Positions 1 through 7,001 of a stretch of DNA of 64,000 bases are shown piece by piece. The notes beneath the pieces are model-generated. The model had not been told where the DNA came from, did not search any database, and saw nothing but the letters and a program-made list of their open reading frames with translations. Each line of letters begins with the position of its first letter. Position 1 is the first letter of the stretch. The position numbers and the translations under genes were made by a program. The stretch is from positions 18,325-82,324 of the forward strand of contig CANQWT010000001.1 of the NCBI GenBank assembly GCA_947627635.1. The letters are read 5' to 3'. Source of the stretch: an uncultured Bacilli bacterium (GTDB taxonomy: Bacteria > Bacillota_I > Bacilli_A > RF39 > UBA660).

Positions 1-948
1 ACTGGAATTACTCTTCCTAATGAAAGTAGTGGTGCTCTTAATTTTAAGTATGAAACAGAAGTATTGAATGCTGGTTTTGGTCAAGGTATCTTAACAACTC
101 CAGTTCAAAACATTCAAGCTTTAACTTCTATTGCCAATGATGGAATGCTTCTAAAGCCTTACATTGTTGAAAAAATTGTAGACCCTGATACAAAAGAAGT
201 AATTTATGAAGGAAAGAAAAAGGAAATTGAACAAGTTGCTTCCACTCAAACTATTGAAAAGATTAAGGATTTAATGTGGAAGACGGTTAATGAAGATGGA
301 AATACGGGTGTTTATTATCGTCTTGATGGCTATAATTTAATTGGTAAAACAGGAACTGCTCAAATTGCTGCGGAAGATGGTAGTGGATACCTTCATGGCA
401 AGGAAGATATTATTTCTTCTTTTGCGGGAATTTATCCAAAGGATGACCCAAAAGTCATTATCTATGCTTCTGTAAAGCGTCCTTCAGGTGGACAACAGAA
501 TGCGATTTGGGATGCTGTAAAATCTGTAGTAGTGAACTTAAGTAAGTACTATGGTTACAAACATGATACAGTAAAGGAACTTCAAACTTATGAAATGAAG
601 TCATACATGAACCAAAACACTGAGGCTGCGAAGAACAAGCTTGCTAGTCAAAATTTGAAAGTTACGGTCATTGGAAATGGTAATAAAGTCATTGCTCAAT
701 ATCCTAAAAAAGGAAGTCAAATTATTGAAAATGACCAAGTATTCTTGATTACGAATGAGGAAAAACTGCATCTTCCAAATGTAGTGGGTTACTCGAGTAA
801 ACTAGCTACTTCACTGTTAGAACTTCTGGGTATTAAAGTCAAAACGGAAGGAACAGGTTATGTGGTTAGTCAGTCTCTTCCTGAGGGAACAGAAATTACT
901 AAAGGAATGGAAATTTCTCTAACTTTAGCTCCAAAATATGAAGGATAG
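1..948 (+). CDS. Class B penicillin-binding protein, C-terminal part (end of transpeptidase domain plus two PASTA domains); 5' end cut by window edge
   Basis: Frame is open from nt 1 to the stop at 948. Two PASTA-like repeats: KVTVIGNGNKVIAQYPKKGSQI and GIKVKTEGTGYVVSQSLPEGTEI. The upstream part has PBP transpeptidase C-terminal character. Confidence 0.7.
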   Translation, partial: TGITLPNESSGALNFKYETEVLNAGFGQGILTTPVQNIQALTSIANDGMLLKPYIVEKIVDPDTKEVIYEGKKKEIEQVASTQTIEKIKDLMWKTVNEDGNTGVYYRLDGYNLIGKTGTAQIAAEDGSGYLHGKEDIISSFAGIYPKDDPKVIIYASVKRPSGGQQNAIWDAVKSVVVNLSKYYGYKHDTVKELQTYEMKSYMNQNTEAAKNKLASQNLKVTVIGNGNKVIAQYPKKGSQIIENDQVFLITNEEKLHLPNVVGYSSKLATSLLELLGIKVKTEGTGYVVSQSLPEGTEITKGMEISLTLAPKYEG

Positions 949-1013
949 TTCTATTCTTCTTTTTTGTGACATAAAAATAAGTAGGAAGTAACAAGTAGCA
1001 AGTAGGTGGTCAT

Positions 1014-1355
1014 TTGTCTAAGGATGAATTTAAAACTTTTGTAAGAAGAAATCCCCATTTAATTACTTTAGTTCACCAGCATCAATTTTCTTGGCAAGAA
1101 TTATATGAGATTTATGTTTTGTATGGAAAGGAAGCTCCTGTTTTTAAACCTTCTATGAATTTGATAGAAAAATATTTTAGTAAAGAAACCATTCAAGAAT
1201 TTCTAGAGTTTTTAAAAAATGTTGACCTTGCAAGTGTTCAAAAGACTATAACAGGACTGGAAAAAGCAATAACAATTCTTGAAAGTCTTAGTACTTCAAA
1301 AGAGGAGAAAACACTGTATCAAGAACGACCGATTTATAAATATTATGAAGACTAA
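1014..1355 (+). CDS. YlbD-like small sporulation/coat-associated protein
   Basis: N-terminus KDEFKTFVRRNPHLITLV...SWQELYE resembles Bacillus YlbD (EEFKLFVRSHPGL...SWQSVYE). Sits directly upstream of a YlbE-like ORF, as in the Bacillus ylb cluster. Confidence 0.5.
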   Translation: MSKDEFKTFVRRNPHLITLVHQHQFSWQELYEIYVLYGKEAPVFKPSMNLIEKYFSKETIQEFLEFLKNVDLASVQKTITGLEKAITILESLSTSKEEKTLYQERPIYKYYED

Positions 1356-1576
1356 TGCAGTTTGAATTACAGGAAAAGCTAAGAAATAATCCTCTATTAT
1401 TGGAGTACTTAAGGGAAAATTCATATTGGTATAAGTATTTGAACCGTGGGGAAGAATATTTTTATCTTTTTGAAAGGGAAGCAAAATCTCATTATAAAAT
1501 AAGGTTTCAAGATAAGGTGGACCAAGCATGTTCTACAATACAGATGGTCAAAACAATGATGGATGTCTTAAAATAG
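1355..1576 (+). CDS. YlbE-like protein
   Basis: YWYKYLNR and IQMVKTMMD motifs match YlbE (HWYRKLSRN...IQMASMMMG). ATGA start/stop overlap with the previous ORF. Confidence 0.55.
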   Translation: MQFELQEKLRNNPLLLEYLRENSYWYKYLNRGEEYFYLFEREAKSHYKIRFQDKVDQACSTIQMVKTMMDVLK

Positions 1577-1637
1577 GCATCTTTTTTGGCGAATGAGAAA
1601 AAGGAAAGAAAAAAAGAATAGCTTTTTAAAATAAAGT

Positions 1638-2033
1638 GTGCTAGTATATGAGAATGAGGAGGAATTTCAAATCATGGAACAAAGGGATTTAACAATTGAA
1701 AATTATACTTATGAAAGATTAGAAAATCATTTTCGTTATGCTATTGTGCAGTTTTATAAAAGTGAAAATCAAGAAGAGAAAGTGAGCTTACAGTTCGATA
1801 ATGGCTCACGTTCAACAAACTTTCTACTGCATTGTTTAGGTGATGTCGATTATTGGGAAGATGCAAGTGATTTATGGAAGAATAAGAAAATTGAAATTGC
1901 TTTTCAAAGTGGGCAACCAATTGCTTTAGTAGAAAAAGACCATAAACGTATTTGCTTTATTAAAAGTAGTGATACCAAAAAATATGGTGTATCTAAGAAA
2001 GAATTAAAACAATTTGTTAAGAAGAGTGCTTAA
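1638..2033 (+). CDS. Hypothetical protein, 131 aa
   Basis: Clean ORF with no recognisable motif. Does not resemble YlbF or YlbG. Confidence 0.4.
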   Translation: MLVYENEEEFQIMEQRDLTIENYTYERLENHFRYAIVQFYKSENQEEKVSLQFDNGSRSTNFLLHCLGDVDYWEDASDLWKNKKIEIAFQSGQPIALVEKDHKRICFIKSSDTKKYGVSKKELKQFVKKSA

Positions 2034-2138
2034 AAATATTGCCAGAAATATGGCGATATTTTTTTGTCTAAATTTTTGCTTTTATTTATCTATAATAGAT
2101 ATTGAAGGAGAAAGCGACTATCATTTAAAATTCGACAG

Positions 2139-2575
2139 TTGACATTTATTAACATATTGCCGACGTCGGCAATATGTTAAGATTTGTAAAGTGAATTTAA
2201 AAGAAATAAGGTAGAAGATATTCGTTTATGAATGGAATTATGGAATATAATGAAAAAATATATAAAAATCAAAGTGATGTGTATAAAAAAAACTTTAAGA
2301 TAATAGATTGAGTTTACTCAAGGAATATGCCTTCAACACTATATTAAGTCATATAATTCATCGTATGATTATTGACATTTCTTAACATTTTCCCTACTTG
2401 GGGAAAATGTTAATTTTTGTAAAGTAAAAATTCGGAGAAAAACATTATAATATAAGGTGGAAAATATGCAATTATAAACAAAATTATGGAAATAATATAA
2501 GGATATTTAAAGTATTAAATATGTTGACATTTCTTAACATTTTGTCGGCGCCGACAAAATGTTAAGATTTGTAAA
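2139..2575 (+). repeat. Three copies of a module: TTGACATTT(A/C)T, then a 32-nt perfect palindrome (TTAACAT...ATGTTAA outer arms, variable complementary centre), then GATTTGTAAAG. Each copy is followed by a decayed or intact copy of the dinD promoter, RBS and 5' CDS
   Basis: The three palindromes are TTAACATATTGCCGACGTCGGCAATATGTTAA (2149-2180), TTAACATTTTCCCTACTTGGGGAAAATGTTAA (2382-2413) and TTAACATTTTGTCGGCGCCGACAAAATGTTAA (2534-2565). Centres differ but stay complementary. Downstream of copies 2 and 3 is TATAATATAAGGT(G/A)G. Copy 1 is followed by ATGAATGGAATTATGGAATATAATGAAAAAATA, a degenerate copy of the dinD start ATGAACGGAATTATAGAATACAACGAAAAAATA. Confidence 0.8.
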
Positions 2576-2623
2576 GGAAAATCAAAATAAAAGACTATAA
2601 TATAAGGTAGGAGGTGTTCGGTT

Positions 2624-3466
2624 ATGAACGGAATTATAGAATACAACGAAAAAATATTTGAAAACATTAAACACATTGACGAGTTTGGAAAGGAATTTTG
2701 GTATGCAAGAGAACTACAAAAAGTACTAGATTATAATGAGTGGCGAAAGTTTAAGGGAGTTATTGGAAAAGCTAAAGAAGCTTGCAAAAGTAGTAATATC
2801 AATACTTTGTACCATTTCATTGACACCGAAAAAATAATAAAAGTAGCTCAGGGTGCTCAACGAAAATTGGCAGATTATAAGCTATCACGATATGCCTGTT
2901 ACTTAATTGTTCAAAATGCTGACCCAAGGAAAGAAAGTGTGGCACTTGGACAAACCTATTTTGCGATACAAACAAGAAAACAAGAAATTAGTGAGAAAGA
3001 ATATAGTGAGCTTACTGAGGATGAAAAAAGATTTTATCAGAGAAATTTAACGAAGAAAGGTAATTTTTCTTTAAATCAAACTGCGAAAGATGCAGGAGTT
3101 AAGAACTTTGACCAATTTCATAATTTTGGATATAAAGGTTTATATAATGGTGAAACTGCAGATGATATTGCCAAGAGAAAAGGTCTAAGATATCGTGAAG
3201 ATATTTTGGATAATATGGGAAGTGAAGAATTGGCTGCGAATTTATTTCGAATTACTCAGACAGAAGCAAAGTTAAAAAGAGAAAATATAAAAACTGAAAA
3301 AAATGCAAATCATACACACTATACAATTGGAAGAAATATTAGAGAAGTTATTTTAAAAAATGGTGGGACAATGCCAGAAAACTTGCCAACCCCTAAGAAA
3401 AGTTTGAAAGAATTAGAAAAAGAAAAACGCGAGAAAATATTAAAAGAAAAAAGTTTTGAAAGTTAA
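2624..3466 (+). CDS. dinD: DNA damage-inducible protein D homolog
   Basis: Collinear with E. coli DinD from memory: WYARELQKVLDY vs WSARDLAPLLDY, LSRYACYLIVQNADP vs LSRYACYLVVQNGDP, GQTYFAIQTR, MGSEELAANLFRITQTEAKLKR vs MGSTELAANLFRATQTEEKLKR, GGTMPENLPTP vs GGTMPEELPTP. Confidence 0.8.
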   Translation: MNGIIEYNEKIFENIKHIDEFGKEFWYARELQKVLDYNEWRKFKGVIGKAKEACKSSNINTLYHFIDTEKIIKVAQGAQRKLADYKLSRYACYLIVQNADPRKESVALGQTYFAIQTRKQEISEKEYSELTEDEKRFYQRNLTKKGNFSLNQTAKDAGVKNFDQFHNFGYKGLYNGETADDIAKRKGLRYREDILDNMGSEELAANLFRITQTEAKLKRENIKTEKNANHTHYTIGRNIREVILKNGGTMPENLPTPKKSLKELEKEKREKILKEKSFES

Positions 3467-3625
3467 AAAATATCAAATAGTTTTAGAAACCCTTCAACTC
3501 CTAAGCTATCAATAATTATAAATCATTGGAAAAAGAAGTATTACATAAAAGTTTCTTTTCTAAATTGAAAACAAGGAAAAGATTTTGTATACTAAAATAG
3601 AAACAGAGAAAATGAGGAATGCAAA

Positions 3626-3934
3626 ATGGAAATCGATGAAAAATTAGAAGGATTACTAGATACTTTAAACAATTCAAGACTTGTAAAAAACTATCTAAAT
3701 GCGAAAGAAAATGTACTCAAAGATAAAGATTTGATAGAGCAACTACAACATTATCATCAAACACAAGACATTACTTTCAAACAACAAATTCTAGCCAATA
3801 AAACATATCAAATTTATCACGATGCAAGTTCTTGCTTATCCATTTTGATTTGGGGAATGAACTTGAAATTTAAAAATGGAAGGGATGATATTACATGCGG
3901 ATTATCCAAGGAAAGTATAAAGGCAGAAAAATAG
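3626..3934 (+). CDS. YlbF/YmcA-like small regulatory protein (tentative)
   Basis: Position corresponds to ylbF, upstream of rsmD (ylbH), with a Cys-containing C-terminus. Its 3' end overlaps the rsmD start by about 40 nt. Confidence 0.35.
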   Translation: MEIDEKLEGLLDTLNNSRLVKNYLNAKENVLKDKDLIEQLQHYHQTQDITFKQQILANKTYQIYHDASSCLSILIWGMNLKFKNGRDDITCGLSKESIKAEK

Positions 3935-4446
3935 AAGGATTTCAGTTAGAAGGAACAAGACCAACAATGGAACGAGTTAAAGAAAGTCTTTTCGCAATTT
4001 TACAAGAAAATATCCCAAATCGTGTTTGCCTAGATTTATTCGCAGGTAGTGGAAACCTTGGCATAGAAGCATTATCCATGAATGCCCATGAAGTTGTTTT
4101 TGTAGACCAAAAGAAAGAAGCCACTAAAACCATTGAGAAAAATTTAAAACAATTCAACATTGTAGCGCCTATTTATACTCTTGATTATTTAAAAGCCTTA
4201 GACCTTTTTAAACAACAACAAAAAAAGTTTGACATTGTCTTCTTAGACCCACCTTATCAAACTGATTATATTGAAAAAAGCTTAACAAAACTTTTAGAGC
4301 TTGACTTATTAAATCAAGAAGCATTGGTTGTTTGTGAAAGTGATAGCTTAGACAAAATCACTGTACCATTTGAAGCCTACCAAATTGTCAAGGAAAAGAA
4401 ATATGGAGATAAATATATTCGGATTTTGAAAAAAATGGTACAATAA
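3895..4446 (+). CDS. rsmD: 16S rRNA (guanine966-N2)-methyltransferase RsmD
   Basis: LDLFAGSGNLGIEALS SAM motif and the DPPY motif (FLDPPYQ), typical of RsmD/YlbH. Confidence 0.8.
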   Translation: MRIIQGKYKGRKIEGFQLEGTRPTMERVKESLFAILQENIPNRVCLDLFAGSGNLGIEALSMNAHEVVFVDQKKEATKTIEKNLKQFNIVAPIYTLDYLKALDLFKQQQKKFDIVFLDPPYQTDYIEKSLTKLLELDLLNQEALVVCESDSLDKITVPFEAYQIVKEKKYGDKYIRILKKMVQ

Positions 4447-4462
4447 AAGAGAAGGTGGATGT

Positions 4463-4636
4463 ATGAATAATAAGGGTTTTGCCATTTCTACTATTATATA
4501 TGGTCTAATTACTATGGCTAGTTTGGTTTTATTTATATTGGTTGCAAGTCTTTCATTTTCCAAAAAGTCAACTGATGATATGACTGATACAATTGAAAAG
4601 GAATTAAATGCCTGTGTGGCAGCGAAAACTTGTTAA
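4463..4636 (+). CDS. Small (57 aa) membrane protein with prepilin-like N-terminus
   Basis: Not in the ORF track because it is under 60 aa. RBS GAAGGTGGA sits 4 nt upstream. MNNKGFAISTIIYGLITMASLVLFIL resembles a class III (type IV pilin-like) leader, but there is no Glu at +5. Confidence 0.3.
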   Translation: MNNKGFAISTIIYGLITMASLVLFILVASLSFSKKSTDDMTDTIEKELNACVAAKTC

Positions 4637-4756
4637 GTTATTTTAATTTTGTGAAGAAAAGTTTTGACAGAGGCTTACAAATAAGTTATAATGAACGTTA
4701 AGAAAGGAGTGGGAACGAAAAAAATCCCACTCTTTCATTTCTCTTGGAGGTGGAAA

Positions 4757-5008
4757 GTGAAAGAAGAGATTACTCGCATCATTGACCCTGAAATCGAAGA
4801 GTTAGGTTTATGGGTAAGCGATGTTAAAAAAGTTCATCAAGAAGGTGTAATTGCTCTTGAAATTGAACTAGATAGTCAAGGTGTACTTGACCTTGATATC
4901 ATTACAAAAGCAACCGATATTATCAACCCTATTTTAGATAGAAATAATGTCATCGATGAAGAAATAGATGTGGTTGATATTTATGGAAAAAGTAAGGAAG
5001 AGGTGTAA
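4757..5008 (+). CDS. rimP: Ribosome maturation factor RimP, short form (N-terminal domain only)
   Basis: GTG start 5 nt after GGAGGTGG. EEITRIIDPEIEELGLWVSDVKKV...LEIELD matches the RimP N-domain. The stop lies immediately before nusA. The longer ORF from 4691 has no RBS and a non-homologous N-terminus. Confidence 0.6.
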   Translation: MKEEITRIIDPEIEELGLWVSDVKKVHQEGVIALEIELDSQGVLDLDIITKATDIINPILDRNNVIDEEIDVVDIYGKSKEEV

Positions 5009-5010
5009 AC

Positions 5011-6222
5011 ATGGATGGCAAAGAATTTATAAAAGCAGTTGAAAATATTGTCAAAGAGAAAAATATCGATAAAGCCGTTGTCTTTGATGCAATGAAACTT
5101 GCACTATCATCTGCTTATAAGAAAAATACTGGAAACAAAAACAGTAATGTAAAAGTCGTTATTGATGAAGATACTGGAGATATTAAAGTCTATTCTTTCT
5201 TAACCGTTGTGGAAGATGAAAAGATGACGAAAGAAGAATACGAAGACTACTTATTTGAACATTATACAGATGAAGACGATGAGGAAGAAGAAGCTGAAGT
5301 AGAAAAACAAGAGGAAGAAGCAACAGAAGATGAAGCATTAGAAAAACAAGAAGAAAAGATTTCTTTCTTTAATAAAGATACAGAAATCAAACTTTCTGAT
5401 GCTCGTAAAATTGATAAGTCCTTAAATATTGGAGATACCATTGATACAGAAGTTACTCCAAAAGACTTTGGACGTGTCGCAACTTCAACAGCAAAACAAG
5501 TTGTCATTCAAAAAATTCGTGAGGCAGAACGAAATAGTATCATGGACGAATTTGGAGATAAACAAGATGAACTTTTAATTGGAACTGTAGCCTTAGAAGA
5601 TACAGATAACTACTTTATTGACCTTGGAAGATGTAATGGAATTTTACCAAAGAAAGACATTATTCCAGGTGAGAAAATAGAGATGGGTTCACAAATTAAA
5701 GTTTATGTAACTAAAGTTGATAACAATGGACGAAACTTACTCATTCTCTTATCAAGAAGACATTATGGTTTTGTAAAACGCTTATTTGAACTTGAAATTC
5801 CAGAACTTTCTGATGGTAGTGTTCTTCTATATAGTGTCGCAAGAGAAGCAGGAGTTCGTAGTAAAGTTGCTGTATATTCTGAAAACTCTAAAATTGACCC
5901 AATTGGTGCATGTATTGGTGAAAAGGGAAGCAGAATTGCCAACATTATCACAGAACTTCATGGTGAGAAAGTGGATATCATTCGTTATGACAAAGACCCT
6001 GCAGTCTTCATTGAGAATGCTCTTTCTCCAGCGAAGGATTTAACTGTTGCAATTACAGATGCTAAAAAACAAGAAGCATTAGTCATTGCCGATGGAGATA
6101 ATTTCTCACTTGCTATTGGAAAACGTGGATTAAATGCAAGATTAGCTTCTAAATTGACAGGTTATAAAATAGATATTAAAACAAGAGAACAAGCAGAAGA
6201 GTTAGGCATCAATTTAAGATAA
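5011..6222 (+). CDS. nusA: Transcription termination/antitermination factor NusA
   Basis: S1 and two KH domains (GACIGEKGSRIANI, AIGKRGLNARLAS). Sits between rimP and ylxR-infB. Contains an acidic insert DEDDEEEEAEVEKQEEEATEDEALEKQEEK after the N-terminal domain. Confidence 0.9.
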   Translation: MDGKEFIKAVENIVKEKNIDKAVVFDAMKLALSSAYKKNTGNKNSNVKVVIDEDTGDIKVYSFLTVVEDEKMTKEEYEDYLFEHYTDEDDEEEEAEVEKQEEEATEDEALEKQEEKISFFNKDTEIKLSDARKIDKSLNIGDTIDTEVTPKDFGRVATSTAKQVVIQKIREAERNSIMDEFGDKQDELLIGTVALEDTDNYFIDLGRCNGILPKKDIIPGEKIEMGSQIKVYVTKVDNNGRNLLILLSRRHYGFVKRLFELEIPELSDGSVLLYSVAREAGVRSKVAVYSENSKIDPIGACIGEKGSRIANIITELHGEKVDIIRYDKDPAVFIENALSPAKDLTVAITDAKKQEALVIADGDNFSLAIGKRGLNARLASKLTGYKIDIKTREQAEELGINLR

Positions 6223-6236
6223 GGGAGAGATATCTG

Positions 6237-6716
6237 TTGGAAACAAAAGACAAAAAAATACAAAAAGGGTACAAAGGGGCAGTTGATAGATTAGGTAATT
6301 TCTATCCATTTGAAAAAGCTGAAGTTCTAACAGCAAGTCATGATAAAAATTTTAGAAGGCTTACATTAGAAGAGTTAGGACAAGACCCAAGAATTGCCTT
6401 TTTAGAAGTCAAGGATACCCTTCCACATCCTGAATTTTATGATGTAAACTATCAAGACTATGATTTTAAAGCTCTAGCAATTGATTTTTTAGGTTTTTGT
6501 TCCTTTTCCATTTATGGAGAACAACTAGGAAATTATGCTGCAATTGAAGTACCTAATCCAAATATTTACGGTTATTCTATTACTAGAGAGCAACAAGAAA
6601 CATTATGCAAATTAGTAGAAATCAATCATTGTAGCTTGGAGTCTTTAAAACCAGTATTTCAAACCAAAACTTATGATGTGGTGCTTGGATATCAATATGA
6701 AAAAACAATAGATTAA
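6237..6716 (+). CDS. Hypothetical protein (159 aa, TTG start) inserted between nusA and ylxR
   Basis: ORF with no recognisable motif. This position normally holds ylxR or ylxQ directly. Confidence 0.4.
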   Translation: METKDKKIQKGYKGAVDRLGNFYPFEKAEVLTASHDKNFRRLTLEELGQDPRIAFLEVKDTLPHPEFYDVNYQDYDFKALAIDFLGFCSFSIYGEQLGNYAAIEVPNPNIYGYSITREQQETLCKLVEINHCSLESLKPVFQTKTYDVVLGYQYEKTID

Positions 6717-6730
6717 AAAGGAGGAAGAAG

Positions 6731-6994
6731 ATGAAAGAGAGAAAAATACCCATGAGAACTTGTGTTGTAACTGGGGAAAAATGTGAAAAGAAAGACCTTC
6801 TTCGAATTGTAAGAAATAAAGAGGGAGACGTCTTTGTAGATGAGACAGGAAAGCAAAATGGTAGAGGTGCCTATCTTAAAAAAGATATTGCTGTCCTTCA
6901 AAAGGCGATAAAGACGAAAGCTCTTAATAGAAAATTAGAGTGTACCATTCCAGAAGATGTGTACATGCAAATTGAAAAAATTATAACAAAATAA
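6731..6994 (+). CDS. ylxR: YlxR/DUF448 RNA-binding protein
   Basis: MRTCVVTGEKCEKKDLLRIV...GRGAYL is the canonical YlxR motif. Lies upstream of infB. Confidence 0.75.
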   Translation: MKERKIPMRTCVVTGEKCEKKDLLRIVRNKEGDVFVDETGKQNGRGAYLKKDIAVLQKAIKTKALNRKLECTIPEDVYMQIEKIITK

Positions 6995-7001
6995 GAAAGA
7001 G

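Noticed and set aside
2149-2565. LexA (Cheo-box) operators upstream of dinD
   Set aside because: The arms contain AACAT/ATGTT, reminiscent of GAACAT-ATGTTC half-sites. But the half-sites are separated by ~18 bp instead of 4, and the outer base is T, not G. This is not a canonical Firmicute SOS box.
2139-2575. Repeated units with palindromes looked superficially CRISPR-like
   Set aside because: There are only three copies with irregular spacing (235 and 149 bp). The units include a promoter and a duplicated 5' CDS rather than unique spacers. The repeats are perfect 32-nt palindromes flanked by conserved non-palindromic sequence. No cas genes lie nearby.
4691-4756. Track start of rimP ORF at 4691 (MNVKKGVGTKK...)
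   Set aside because: The N-terminal 22 aa are non-homologous. GGAGGTGG followed by GTG at 4757 matches the RimP N-terminus exactly.
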